A stretch of DNA of 64,000 nucleotides from positions 360,769 to 424,768 of the forward strand of contig RDOB01000004.1 of NCBI GenBank assembly GCA_011364965.1. Direction: 5' to 3'. The translations under genes were made by a program, and so were the position numbers. Position 1 is the first letter of the stretch, and every line of letters begins with the position of its first letter. This document shows, piece after piece, positions 19,024 to 29,687 of the stretch. The stretch is from Candidatus Heimdallarchaeota archaeon (GTDB taxonomy: Archaea; Asgardarchaeota; Heimdallarchaeia; Hodarchaeales; Hodarchaeaceae). The notes under the pieces were generated by a model, which saw nothing but the letters and a program-made list of their open reading frames with translations, was not told the origin of the DNA and searched no databases.

Positions 19024-19824
19024 TTGGAAGTAAAGATATTAGACTATCGTGACAAATATGTTAAGTTCATCTTGTCGGATGCTTCACCAACTTTTGCCAA
19101 TACGCTTCGTAGAATGATGATGAGCGAAGTTCCTACCATGGCAATTGATGAAGTAATTATGATTGAAAATACTACTCCATTATACGATGAGATTGTTGCT
19201 CATAGATTAGGTTTAATTCCCTTAAAGACTGATTTGGATAGTTTTGTAAGACCTGAGCTTTGTACATGCGGGGGTCAAGGTTGTACTTCTTGTGAAGTAT
19301 CTATTACTCTTGAAAAAAGTGGAACTCAAGATGTAGAAGTTGTTTACTCTAATGAGTTGATATCTCAAGATCCCAAAATCATCCCAGTTTATCCAAATAT
19401 CCCAATCCTAAAACTCGCAAAAGATCAGAAAATCTTCTTAGAAGCTATCGCGCGGCTTGGAAGGGGTCTTGATCATGCCAAATGGCAACCAGTATCAACA
19501 GTTTCATATAAATATTATCCAGTAGTGAACTTTAATTTAGATAACTGCACCTATTGTGGAGATTGCGTTGAAGTTTGTCCGCGTGATATAATAAAGATTG
19601 AAGATGACGAAATAAAGGCTGTAAATGTTGAAAATTGCAGTCTATGCAATCAATGTGTTGATACTTGCGAGCTGGATGCAGTTTCCGTATCTACAAAACC
19701 TAATGAATTCATCTTTAAAGTTGAAAGTACGGGGGCTCTATCTGTAAAGAGAATACTTACTGAATCATTAAAACTACTTAAAGATAAATCTGAGGAATTC
19801 AAAACTCTTATTGACGAATTCTAG
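19024..19824 (+). CDS. rpoD: DNA-directed RNA polymerase subunit D (Rpo3) with ferredoxin-like domain
   Basis: ANTLRR, AHRLGLIPL, HAKWQP; CxxCxxCxxxC twice. Confidence 0.97.
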   Translation: MEVKILDYRDKYVKFILSDASPTFANTLRRMMMSEVPTMAIDEVIMIENTTPLYDEIVAHRLGLIPLKTDLDSFVRPELCTCGGQGCTSCEVSITLEKSGTQDVEVVYSNELISQDPKIIPVYPNIPILKLAKDQKIFLEAIARLGRGLDHAKWQPVSTVSYKYYPVVNFNLDNCTYCGDCVEVCPRDIIKIEDDEIKAVNVENCSLCNQCVDTCELDAVSVSTKPNEFIFKVESTGALSVKRILTESLKLLKDKSEEFKTLIDEF

Positions 19825-19826
19825 GA

Positions 19827-20201
19827 GTGAAACAGAACATGTTAACCAAAGGACGAACTGATCCAAATAAAATTGCGCTTATTCGAAAATTACGAAGTGC
19901 AGCTACTAAAAATCAAGCAAAAATCTGGAAAATTTTAGCAAGTGAATTATCCAAATCAAATCGGAAAAGAGTAGCCATCAATTTGTCTCAAATTAATAGA
20001 AATTCCTCGAAAGGAGATATTATTCTTGTTCCAGGTAAGGTTCTAGGCGCTGGGAATTTAGGACATAATTTAGAGATCGCTGCAGAATCTTTCTCTGAAT
20101 CTGCTCAATTAAAAATTCAAGAAACTGGAGGGTCCTGTATCTCAATTGAAGAGTTATTAAACAAGAACCCCTCAGGATCTGGAGTCCGATTAATGAAATA
20201 G
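19827..20201 (+). CDS. rpl18e: 50S ribosomal protein L18e
   Basis: INLSQINR, VPGKVLGAG, NPSGSGV. Confidence 0.96.
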   Translation: MKQNMLTKGRTDPNKIALIRKLRSAATKNQAKIWKILASELSKSNRKRVAINLSQINRNSSKGDIILVPGKVLGAGNLGHNLEIAAESFSESAQLKIQETGGSCISIEELLNKNPSGSGVRLMK

Positions 20202-20212
20202 AAGGGTAGAAT

Positions 20213-20653
20213 ATGGTTGATCTTACTCAATTTGATGATGCTCATATCATTGATGCAGAAAATGCTGTTATCGGGCGCTTAGCTAGCATTGTAGCCAAAA
20301 GACTACTAAGTGGAGAAAAAATCATCCTAATAAATGCTAATAAGGGGATTATATCTGGAAATCCTAATACAATCGCTAAATCATATTTGCAGAGGTGGAA
20401 GATTAAAACGAAATCAAATCCTCTGAAGGGTCCCTTTTTTCCTCGTCAACCGGATCAAATTTTAAAAAGAACTGTTCGAGGAATGCTTCCATATAAAAAA
20501 AGCCGAGGGAAAGACGCTTATGGGAGACTATTGGTGTTCAAGGAAAAACCTGATTTATTCTCTGATAGAAATATCGAAACGATTCCCGAAGTTCTCAATA
20601 CAAACCCAAAATCACCTTATATTACGCTTGCAGAATTACAAACCAAAATTTGA
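20213..20653 (+). CDS. rpl13: 50S ribosomal protein L13 (uL13)
   Basis: GRLASIVAK, GPFFPRQP, RTVRGMLP. Confidence 0.97.
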   Translation: MVDLTQFDDAHIIDAENAVIGRLASIVAKRLLSGEKIILINANKGIISGNPNTIAKSYLQRWKIKTKSNPLKGPFFPRQPDQILKRTVRGMLPYKKSRGKDAYGRLLVFKEKPDLFSDRNIETIPEVLNTNPKSPYITLAELQTKI

Positions 20654-20665
20654 GGTTCTAATATC

Positions 20666-21067
20666 ATGAAAAGCATTTTAAGAAGTGGAAAACGTCGAAC
20701 AGCAATTGCTCGTGCTATAATTAAAGATGGAAAAGGTAGAGTTTTAATTAATGGAAAACCCTTAGAAGTTATTGAGCCTAAAATTGTAAGGATGAAATTA
20801 ACTGAACCATTCCTTCTTCTGAAAGAAAAACTCCGGACAAGCATAGATATAACTGTTAAAGTTAAAGGTGGCGGATTCATGGGACAAGCAGATGCAGCTA
20901 GGATAGCTATTGCACGAGCATTGTTAGCATGGAGCAATTCAGAGGAATTAAGGCTTAAATTCCTTGAATATGATCGTCATATGATTGTTGGTGATCCAAG
21001 AAGACGAGAACCGAAACATTTTGGTGGACCAGGAGCAAGAGCGAAATACACCAAAAGTTATCGATAA
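20666..21067 (+). CDS. rps9: 30S ribosomal protein S9 (uS9)
   Basis: GKRRTAIARA, GGGFMGQA, GPGARAKYTKSYR. Confidence 0.98.
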   Translation: MKSILRSGKRRTAIARAIIKDGKGRVLINGKPLEVIEPKIVRMKLTEPFLLLKEKLRTSIDITVKVKGGGFMGQADAARIAIARALLAWSNSEELRLKFLEYDRHMIVGDPRRREPKHFGGPGARAKYTKSYR

Positions 21068-21127
21068 ATCACAATACTTATTTAAGTATACTATAGGACA
21101 ATCTCTGCTATACTTTTTATATCAAAA

Positions 21128-21230
21128 GGGCCCATGGCTTAGCCTGGTTAAAGCGCTCGGCTGATAACCGAGATGGCATTCAGAGTGAATGCCAAGGTAG
21201 AGATCCCCGGTTCAAATCCGGGTGGGCCCA
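21128..21230 (+). tRNA. tRNA-Ile(GAT) with a ~28-nt non-canonical intron at the anticodon-stem/variable-loop junction
   Basis: GGGCCCA/TGGGCCC acceptor; CTCGG-CT-GAT-AA-CCGAG; insert ~21173-21200 forming a TGGCATTC/GAATGCCA hairpin. Confidence 0.92.
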
Positions 21231-21277
21231 CTTTATTACCATTTTATCATCATTAATAAACTCATTATCACTACTAC

Positions 21278-22642
21278 TTAGGTGATCGATGTCGTTTCTA
21301 TCTTTAAATTCCTATTTTGTAGCAAATTTTTTGATGGATTAGTGATTTGAATAAGAAGAAGATTTAATAACATTATAAATCTTGAATGATCTTTTATGAA
21401 ATTTTCTGTCTTATTATATTGGGCTAACAGACAAATTAGATGGTGAATCGAAAGATGCTTTTGCAATTCTGATATAATAGTGATTTGTTCATTTTTATAC
21501 TCTTCATCTAAGATAATTTTAATTAATTTAACCAACTTTTCGTTCTTCACTAATTTTTGGCAATATTCTTTTCTCCTATTGCACTTTTCTAATTTATTGC
21601 TAATTTCGAGATCTAAATTCTGACCTAAATTACATAATTCATAACAGATAGAATTTTTCTTCAATTTTATGTTTGGAACTTTTTTCAATTCCAAATCAGA
21701 TTTTAATTGGATGGTTTTTCTATCTTTTTCACTATCATATGGGTTTTTATTTAGATTCATCATTTTAAGTTTAATAATGAAGTGTTGAATCCCCTCCTCG
21801 AATGTAATAGTCTCTTCTTTCGATAATAAATAGTTAAATCGTGCATTTTTGAGACTTTTTGCTTCCCAAATTCCCTTATTTCCTCCTTGCTTAGAAAATG
21901 CAATTAGATAGCTTAAGAATTTAAATTTCTGACTTGTTTTATACTCCTCCTTTTCATATAGTTGAGTTAAAGATTTTTCTTCCGATTTTAGATATTTTGA
22001 AACAAGAACAATTCTGGAACCAGAGAAATTAGACTTTGACTCATTAAAATAATAATTCGCTAAAATGAAATTTTCACCCTCTTGAAGAATATAATTTTTT
22101 CCCATTTTCACGAAACGTTGGTTTTGGAAGAATTTTAAGATATCTTCCGCCGATAAACTTTTTAAATTTGGGAGTATTATGTCGAGAATCGCCCTTGATC
22201 TTTCTAATCGTTCTTTTAACTCTCGATAGGAACCTGCGTACAAAAAACACTTCAAGTTTTTCTTTCTACAATCCAACTCAATAGAAAACTCTTCTAGGTT
22301 CTTTAATTGTCTCATTTCTTCTAAGAAAATGGAACTCAAGTTATCAGATTCGGAAATACTAATCCAAAGTGAGTAATCCTCTATATAAACCATTCCCGGT
22401 TCTTTAATATGGAATTTAAGAGAATATATATCCGTTTTCCAGTATTCAAATATGTCTTTGAGTATTAAATAGAGTATAAGAGCTATTGGTAAATAATTCA
22501 CCTTATTCAAAAAAATATTGACTTCTTGATTAAAAAAAATAATTTCTTGAGTAACAAAATCAAGAACTATTATCAGCAAGATCGTTAAAAATCCAATAAG
22601 GCCAAAATTTCTTATTTTCTTCTGTATTTTTATCCTCACCAT
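21278..22642 (-). CDS. Hypothetical protein with two N-terminal TM segments
   Basis: Long ORF; probable ATG at 22642 just after the surface-protein stop; no recognised catalytic motif. Confidence 0.7.
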   Translation of the reverse strand: MVRIKIQKKIRNFGLIGFLTILLIIVLDFVTQEIIFFNQEVNIFLNKVNYLPIALILYLILKDIFEYWKTDIYSLKFHIKEPGMVYIEDYSLWISISESDNLSSIFLEEMRQLKNLEEFSIELDCRKKNLKCFLYAGSYRELKERLERSRAILDIILPNLKSLSAEDILKFFQNQRFVKMGKNYILQEGENFILANYYFNESKSNFSGSRIVLVSKYLKSEEKSLTQLYEKEEYKTSQKFKFLSYLIAFSKQGGNKGIWEAKSLKNARFNYLLSKEETITFEEGIQHFIIKLKMMNLNKNPYDSEKDRKTIQLKSDLELKKVPNIKLKKNSICYELCNLGQNLDLEISNKLEKCNRRKEYCQKLVKNEKLVKLIKIILDEEYKNEQITIISELQKHLSIHHLICLLAQYNKTENFIKDHSRFIMLLNLLLIQITNPSKNLLQNRNLKIETTSIT

Positions 22643-22655
22643 ATTTTTGAGTAAT

Positions 22656-25600
22656 TTAAAAAAGAGGCGATCTTTTTTTCTTGATTTTTTTAACGATATA
22701 GAATGGAGATCCAACAAGTAGAGAAAGCAATACCGCTGGATATGTCTGGATAATGAATTCCTCTAAATTGTAATTATTTGGCCAATTGATGGTAACTAGG
22801 AACTCTTCGGTTCTAAATACATTTCCAGCCCTATCAATAGCTATGATAGTGATATAGTTCCTATTTTTCTCCAAACTGAAGTTGAAAACATTATATTGCT
22901 TATCGCTTATATGATAGAAGAAGGGAATGTCATTAATTAAGATAGTAAGATTTTCTCCACCTGATGCAGTTTCTGGTTCAATAACATAAGTGTGAAGTCT
23001 TAATACATTATCACCGAAAATTTCATATGAATAATCCACCATTGGTGCTTCAGTATCTATTATTGAGAAAAATTGACTTTGACTTCGAATTTGAAAATCC
23101 GAAAACGGATTAATTGACAAGTATACATTACAAGAGGAATTCCAATTCATTTTTGGAAAGAAGGCCGTAATTGTACTTTCCTGAGGATTAGTTTCAATCT
23201 GTTTGCTAGTATTGTGGCACAACAGAGAATATTGATTATCTAGTTCATAATAAACAGAGTATTCAAAGCTTACAGGACTTTTTACTTCCCAGCTTCCTAT
23301 AATTGAATCATAATAGTTATATTCATTTTCAAAAGGAATTAACTCTTTTATTTCAATTCCATAGATATCTGCTTCCAAATAAATGCGTAATTGAACTCCA
23401 CTCACAATATTAAGGTTTGAAATTGAATATACAAGGTTATTAAATACAATCGTATACAGAGTGGTAATTTCCCTGTAAATAGAGTCATAAATAGTTATAT
23501 TTGAAATTGGTAGTCCAAATTTCTTTAAATTGATATTTACAGTAAAATTGTTAACAGTGGTATTTGAATATACTTCCATTGACAATTTAAACCGTGAAAG
23601 GACTGTTTCGATTTTCATAAATGCTAAAGGACCTGCAAGTTCAAGAATTAAGATATCTGAGGTGTTTGTGGTAGCAAGAAAGCTCCAAAATATGAGATCT
23701 TGGGTAATAAGGGTTGATATTACATAATGATCACGAATTACAGAAACAGAGAGGATTTTCCCTTGGTAAGATGGAATCGATGCAAACCATTCTGATCCAT
23801 TTTCAGGATATAATATCCTGTAATAGATATAAAAGCTGGAGTTGGCATAAATCGATGATCGCTCAATTTCTGTCAAATAAACTATTTCATGATCCTCTAA
23901 AAGGGAATTATTTGAGAGTTCTAGATGGAATTCCTGAAAAATTATGGTTTTTTCATCAATTTTACCTTCAATACCAAAATCAAGCCAATTGTCTGAAGTA
24001 TAATCTGATATCTCAAGACTTAAGTCCAAAATTCCCTCTGAATTAGTAATGCCTACATATATTGGTATATTATTGAACCATAATAAAATAAATACACCTG
24101 GTAGGATTTGATAACTATTCAGATCGATTGTATAATATGTGTATATACGAAAAGTCAAATTGTCTTCTGTGTAAAGAAAATTCGGAAAATTTTCTAATTC
24201 CCAATGAAATGAAGAGTATAAAACCCTTAAATTTAGATTTTCAGTAGCAAATAGATCATTTCCATCATATGCGAAGATATCAAAAGAGTAATTTCCTTCA
24301 AGCAATCCTACAGCTGCTATTGTTAGAATATAATCATTGTTTAGTGTATGTTTAAATGAATAATAACGATCTGTTGTCATCATGACAACATTGATTGAAC
24401 TTGAAAGAACCTTATAATTCTGAAGATATAAACTTAAATTCAGGAAGAGCGGTTGAAATCGGAATATTTCAATCATTTGAGGGCAATTAAACCTGATTTC
24501 TAATTCTTGGGAACTTCCATCATGTATAACAACAAATCCATTTATCACTCCAAATTCCCATGAATTTGTATAATTCACAGTAAGTTTAATGAGTCCAATA
24601 GGAAATTCCTCCGTAATTTCTATACCTGGAAAAATAAAACTTGCATTCACCATAGCTGCAGTAGTTCGAGTCTGAATAAATGATCCATTTTCAAGAAATA
24701 GCGAAATATCACCCCCCAATGGATTCTGTAAATTTCCCCGAACCTCAAGATATTCTCCTATAATTATATCCCTAGAAAATGTCACATCGGAAATATAATT
24801 TGGTACACTTGCCTTAAAACTGACTCTTTCTTGATCAGTTATATCAAGCATGAAAAATTCAACATTTATATATTCATTTACGATATGCGATCGATTTAAG
24901 GTTGTAAATGAATGTGAATTATTTATTACACTTAATTGATCCCAATCAGTAGGAATTGGAAGAATAATAATCCTTTTATCGTTAAAGATACTGTGATTTA
25001 CAACTTCTAAGTCCATTTGTAATAGTAGTTGGGTATCATTCCATTCTTTTATATACCATGAGCAATTGTTCTTACTAATCCTGGTAATGTTTGTTTCTAA
25101 TAGCGTCCTCGCGTTCTGTGCCCATGGAGTGGTTTCGTAAGCAATAAATGTGAAATTAGCAGTGAAAAATTCGATATACAATGTTCCATTGTCACTAATA
25201 TAGGTATTTTCATTAATTTGATAGATAATTGGGATAGTTTTCAGGAGTGTTGTATAATATTGAATGTTATCTATATTTAATTCTAAATAGAAATCTGGGG
25301 TAAAAGTGATCATATAACAAAATACTGTTTCCAAATTATTGAAATTATTATATTTATCCTGTGAAATGTAGGATTCAATCACTTTAGTCAAATTTAGCGA
25401 TATTTTTCTCCAGTTAAATGGCATCGAGTCGTTACAGAAGATATAAAGGGAATTTGATCCTTCGGGTCTGGTAAGATTCGCCTCAAGATGAGCACCGAAA
25501 TCTCCCCCTAGAGAAGACAAAATAAAAAAAATGGAACTCTGATTGAATCGGAATTCTAAAGCTAATGTATGAGGTGAGGTCTGTAAATTCGAGCTGATAA

Positions 25601-26165
25601 TAGGAATCCTGAAGTTAAAGGAAATTAACGTCAAAAATTCCGAAGGAGAGGGAAGGGGAATTTCTCCAAATTTCGTGTTACTTATCCCATATCCTCCATT
25701 TCCTGTATCAGTAAAATTAAGAGTAAAAAAGGTATTATTATCTTCAAACTGAGTTGAAGCATTTACATCGTCATAACTTGGTTCTAATCCATTTTTCCAA
25801 GTATTTAAAATACCATCAGAAGTGATATTTAAATTACTACTTGTAACACTAGATTCAAGTGTGAAATTCATTAGGTCATCGTTTTGAAATACGTATGAGT
25901 CATTTGTTTGCAGATCGTTGATATTTAAGTACTCTTCAATAACACAAGTTGATGATTCCACATTATCTGAAGAGCTTATCTTTGCATCTAATTTACTATT
26001 AAAAATAAGGCTTGATTGAGTCATTAATTGACCTTGTTCAAAGGAAGTAACATAAAAAGGTGTATAACTATCATTAACACAAATGGTTGGCAGAAGAAAT
26101 GAAAGACTTAAGGCTAAAAAAAGAAATGTTCGAAAAATTATCCAAGATCTCATTTTATATACCAA
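22656..26165 (-). CDS. Large cell-surface glycoprotein (signal peptide, beta-rich, C-terminal TM anchor)
   Basis: 1169 aa; N-terminal hydrophobic signal; many N-x-S/T sequons; Ig-like DTEAP...AIDRAGN repeat; TM followed by KKIKKKR. Confidence 0.8.
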   Translation of the reverse strand: MVYKMRSWIIFRTFLFLALSLSFLLPTICVNDSYTPFYVTSFEQGQLMTQSSLIFNSKLDAKISSSDNVESSTCVIEEYLNINDLQTNDSYVFQNDDLMNFTLESSVTSSNLNITSDGILNTWKNGLEPSYDDVNASTQFEDNNTFFTLNFTDTGNGGYGISNTKFGEIPLPSPSEFLTLISFNFRIPIISSNLQTSPHTLALEFRFNQSSIFFILSSLGGDFGAHLEANLTRPEGSNSLYIFCNDSMPFNWRKISLNLTKVIESYISQDKYNNFNNLETVFCYMITFTPDFYLELNIDNIQYYTTLLKTIPIIYQINENTYISDNGTLYIEFFTANFTFIAYETTPWAQNARTLLETNITRISKNNCSWYIKEWNDTQLLLQMDLEVVNHSIFNDKRIIILPIPTDWDQLSVINNSHSFTTLNRSHIVNEYINVEFFMLDITDQERVSFKASVPNYISDVTFSRDIIIGEYLEVRGNLQNPLGGDISLFLENGSFIQTRTTAAMVNASFIFPGIEITEEFPIGLIKLTVNYTNSWEFGVINGFVVIHDGSSQELEIRFNCPQMIEIFRFQPLFLNLSLYLQNYKVLSSSINVVMMTTDRYYSFKHTLNNDYILTIAAVGLLEGNYSFDIFAYDGNDLFATENLNLRVLYSSFHWELENFPNFLYTEDNLTFRIYTYYTIDLNSYQILPGVFILLWFNNIPIYVGITNSEGILDLSLEISDYTSDNWLDFGIEGKIDEKTIIFQEFHLELSNNSLLEDHEIVYLTEIERSSIYANSSFYIYYRILYPENGSEWFASIPSYQGKILSVSVIRDHYVISTLITQDLIFWSFLATTNTSDILILELAGPLAFMKIETVLSRFKLSMEVYSNTTVNNFTVNINLKKFGLPISNITIYDSIYREITTLYTIVFNNLVYSISNLNIVSGVQLRIYLEADIYGIEIKELIPFENEYNYYDSIIGSWEVKSPVSFEYSVYYELDNQYSLLCHNTSKQIETNPQESTITAFFPKMNWNSSCNVYLSINPFSDFQIRSQSQFFSIIDTEAPMVDYSYEIFGDNVLRLHTYVIEPETASGGENLTILINDIPFFYHISDKQYNVFNFSLEKNRNYITIIAIDRAGNVFRTEEFLVTINWPNNYNLEEFIIQTYPAVLLSLLVGSPFYIVKKIKKKRSPLF

Positions 26166-26244
26166 TCCTTCACCAAAAAGCCTTGGTTATATCCTAAAGT
26201 AGAATATCTTGGGCCTTAATATCCTCCCAAAAATATGATTTTTG

Positions 26245-27741
26245 TTAGAAACTGGTTAAAAAAATGCTCCTTACTCCCCAATATAAGATTACAAATAACA
26301 GAAACTTTATTATTTTAAATGATAAACCAAACTGGAGAATTTCACCTTTTCTTAGTCTTGATAAATTGAAGTTTTTCAATGGAAGGAGAGATAGTGTGAG
26401 TGCAACTAGAAAAAATTCCAATTCAAAAGGAGATATTAAATTTAAATTAAGAGGTTGACGAAAAGAGTAATTTACTGCCATTTCCACAAACAGAAAAATA
26501 GGACTTGCCCCCGCGATGGAAGCTAATGAAATTATTGATAACAATTGAATTACATTTTCTTGTAATGCTATTGCTCGCAATTTAGCCCTCCCTTTATTAA
26601 GTAACTCGTTAGTTTTAGATAAATCTTGGGTGATTTTTAGAGTTTTTTCCCCTGCCTCAACTGGGTCTAGCAATGCATACTTCTCAACGAGATTGAGCAA
26701 ATATATGGTTCTTCGTTTAAAAAGTGTTTCAAGGAGGTCATTTTTCGATTTTTCTTTTCCATCTAATTGAGTTTGCACAAAATCCTTGGTGATCGACAAC
26801 TCTAATTTATTACGATATATTTTCATTGACTGATTCATACTTTTTGCAAATGAGAATCCTCGTGAAAGATACTCAGCTAGCAAAACTAGGAACTCAATCT
26901 CATGAGCATCATATGAGAGCGTATCAACATTATTAGTGCTGAAAAAACCAATTTCACTATCTCCTTGTAAAAAAAGTGATATTATGGTAATAGAGCCTGG
27001 AATCAAAATCCCTAATATGCTACTCATCTTTCCTGAAATTAATAAAAAGCATAAAACAATTGGTGGACTTAAGAATATTAATCCTGATGATAATGAAGTC
27101 CAAATCTCTATTTTTTCAGTTTTTTCAATAATTTTTTCTGCTAGTTTGGCAATAATTAGATTTTTATTTAATAAAGTAATATTTTTTCCATAATCCCATG
27201 TATCTATAATTAATACAAGTGTTTCACTTATTTGTTTTGGCAATAAAATACTAAAATTGGCTTTTAACAGCTCAGGGAGTACATTCCCAAAATGCGCCTC
27301 AAGGAGTGCATTTGAGAAAATATCTGAATAGAATGGATAATTTCCCATTGAAACATATTTCACAGCATTTCTCAGAGATTTTGAAGTTTCTAAGATGATT
27401 AATAATTCATTCATAACAAAATATCCAATAGTTTCCATTTTAAATTGAAATTTATTGAATTTCAAACGAATAAGATAATTTATTCCCCTTAAAGCTAAAA
27501 AAAATAATGAGAGCTGAATTAAACCAAAAATGAAATAAGTTCCTTGAGATATTATCAACTGAAATGCGAAGACTGCTATTGAAAATCCAAAAATAATCTT
27601 TTGCAGCTTTTCAATTCTTTCTTTATTAATTTTATATCCGTTCAGTAAAGGAATGTGGATTTGATGATTTTCCAAGAACTCATAATTTCCTATTATAGAT
27701 TCTGTTAAGTTTGAAAAAAGGAATGTTAAATTCCGGCTCAT
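26245..27741 (-). CDS. Type IV pilus/T2SS platform membrane protein (TadB/TadC/GspF-like, two repeats)
   Basis: Two GspF-like units (ELLIILETSKSLRNAV; LAEYLSRGFSFAKSM) each followed by TM hairpins; near a secretion ATPase. Confidence 0.72.
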   Translation of the reverse strand: MSRNLTFLFSNLTESIIGNYEFLENHQIHIPLLNGYKINKERIEKLQKIIFGFSIAVFAFQLIISQGTYFIFGLIQLSLFFLALRGINYLIRLKFNKFQFKMETIGYFVMNELLIILETSKSLRNAVKYVSMGNYPFYSDIFSNALLEAHFGNVLPELLKANFSILLPKQISETLVLIIDTWDYGKNITLLNKNLIIAKLAEKIIEKTEKIEIWTSLSSGLIFLSPPIVLCFLLISGKMSSILGILIPGSITIISLFLQGDSEIGFFSTNNVDTLSYDAHEIEFLVLLAEYLSRGFSFAKSMNQSMKIYRNKLELSITKDFVQTQLDGKEKSKNDLLETLFKRRTIYLLNLVEKYALLDPVEAGEKTLKITQDLSKTNELLNKGRAKLRAIALQENVIQLLSIISLASIAGASPIFLFVEMAVNYSFRQPLNLNLISPFELEFFLVALTLSLLPLKNFNLSRLRKGEILQFGLSFKIIKFLLFVILYWGVRSIFLTSF

Positions 27742-27853
27742 TTGTATCTATCCGACGCCTGTAAATGGAATCAGTTTCCGAAAATCTAGCTACAATAAAA
27801 ATAAATAATTAGTATATCTTCTCATAAGTTTCCCTTTCTCATTCCGATTTTTC

Positions 27854-28210
27854 TTGGGTGCTTTTAACTATCAAATGGAATTCATTCTGGGTATTACCTT
27901 GGCAATAATTCAAGCTCAGAAAAATAAAATAACAGTATCCTGTCCTTTATGCGGAGAATCTGAAACAATCTCTTTGGATGAAGTAGAATTAGAGCTTGCT
28001 AGGGAACAACATTCTCTTATCACAAAAGCTCTCTCCCATTCCAAAGCAGGCCATGTGCTTACACTTTATATCGATGGGCAAGGAATTGTACGTCGTAAAT
28101 ATTGCTTTGAGATTGCTGAGAACCACTTCAACGTCTTTCCCAGTTCATTACCTAATAATTTAAGCTCTCTCTTCCAACGAATGATTCAAGATTCCATGAA
28201 ATCTGATTAA
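27854..28210 (+). CDS. Small putative zinc-binding protein
   Basis: CPLCG plus H-x4-H and LYIDGQGIVR. Confidence 0.65.
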   Translation: MGAFNYQMEFILGITLAIIQAQKNKITVSCPLCGESETISLDEVELELAREQHSLITKALSHSKAGHVLTLYIDGQGIVRRKYCFEIAENHFNVFPSSLPNNLSSLFQRMIQDSMKSD

Positions 28211-28237
28211 TCACATCAAATAAAGTCCTTACTGCTT

Positions 28238-29623
28238 TTGGTAGGCGGTTTTATGATAGAATACTTATATTCAGAGAAAAAAGAATTTCAAGAATATCCT
28301 GTTGAAAAAGAAAGGTATTTCTTTTATGCATACAAGTCTACTATTCTAGAATATCCCAGCAAAACCTTATATAAAGTACAATATGACTCTTATACAAATA
28401 ATCACTTGAAAAGCTTTCCTGAATTTGAAGAAAGTATTAAAAGGGAACTGAAAAGCTATATACTTAGAAAATATGATTATTGCAAATTTGACGAGCTATT
28501 AAGATATTTGTATCAAGTCTCAGATATTGAAACAGGGGTCCCATCTCAATTATTACTACCATTATTCTTCCGAATTCTTAATATGGAAAATATTGGAAAA
28601 TTACTTGCTGATGATCAAATTGATGAGATTTATATTGATTCAAGCCAAAAATCGATATATATAGATCATATGAGGCATGGAAGATGTTATACAGACATTG
28701 TTCTTTCCAGTGAAGAAATTGATTCATTTATACAACGTATAGCCCTTGAGAATGATTTTTCTCTAAATAGATTAAATCCCACCATGAAATGTGAATTTTT
28801 CTCTCAAATTTTTCAAACCAGAGTAACAGTAGATATTCCACCCTTAACCATCAAAGACATTCATATCGATATAAGGAAATTTAGATTTCAGAATTTACGA
28901 ATTATTGATTTGATCAGGAATAACACTATTTTATATGAACAAGCGTTATTTCTTCTATTCTTAATAAGATCCCAAGTGTCTATTACGATTTTGGGACCTC
29001 CAAATTCTGGAAAAACAACCCTACAGAATGCTTTAATGGAATATATACCTGAACACCTTCGTTTATTGTCAATAGAGGATGTGCTGGAAACGCACAGTCT
29101 TCGTGAAGGTAATGCGGTACACTTTCGACTTGGATATGACCCACAAGAAGCCCTAATTCTCTCTAAATCTTTGGAGGTACAAAAAATCCTGCATCGAAGT
29201 CCTGATTTCATTAATCTTGGGGAGTTATCAATGAAAAGTCATTTCAATGCATATTTAAACGTACTTTCAATTGGGGTGCCTTCTATTCAAACTATACATG
29301 GTAAAAATTATAAAAAGTTAATTAAAAGACTCCAAGACATATATAATGTTCCAATTGAATTGATAACATCCTCCATACCTCATATATTTGTTGAATTAGG
29401 AGTGACTTGGATTAATAATCGAAAAAATAGGAGTGTTATTTCAATTGCTGAATTAACAGAGGAAGGAACAATACTTCAAATAACTAATGAGACAATCAAG
29501 GATTTTCTATTTAAATCCGACGATCCTCCTAAGATTCAAACAATTAATCATTTGATCACTCATAAGATTATCACCTTAGATACTATTTTTTCTGAGATTA
29601 CCTACATAGAATCCACCTTATAG
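28238..29623 (+). CDS. Type II/IV secretion ATPase (VirB11/CpaF-like)
   Basis: LLADDQIDEIYID, IDIRKF, Walker A GPPNSGKTT, Asp box SIEDVLE, RSPDFINLGE, His box QTIHG. Confidence 0.92.
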   Translation: MVGGFMIEYLYSEKKEFQEYPVEKERYFFYAYKSTILEYPSKTLYKVQYDSYTNNHLKSFPEFEESIKRELKSYILRKYDYCKFDELLRYLYQVSDIETGVPSQLLLPLFFRILNMENIGKLLADDQIDEIYIDSSQKSIYIDHMRHGRCYTDIVLSSEEIDSFIQRIALENDFSLNRLNPTMKCEFFSQIFQTRVTVDIPPLTIKDIHIDIRKFRFQNLRIIDLIRNNTILYEQALFLLFLIRSQVSITILGPPNSGKTTLQNALMEYIPEHLRLLSIEDVLETHSLREGNAVHFRLGYDPQEALILSKSLEVQKILHRSPDFINLGELSMKSHFNAYLNVLSIGVPSIQTIHGKNYKKLIKRLQDIYNVPIELITSSIPHIFVELGVTWINNRKNRSVISIAELTEEGTILQITNETIKDFLFKSDDPPKIQTINHLITHKIITLDTIFSEITYIESTL

Positions 29624-29687
29624 AACGATAAATTCTCCTATTCAAGAAATTTAGGAGTTTAAAATCTATAGTGGGAATTTAGCTTGG

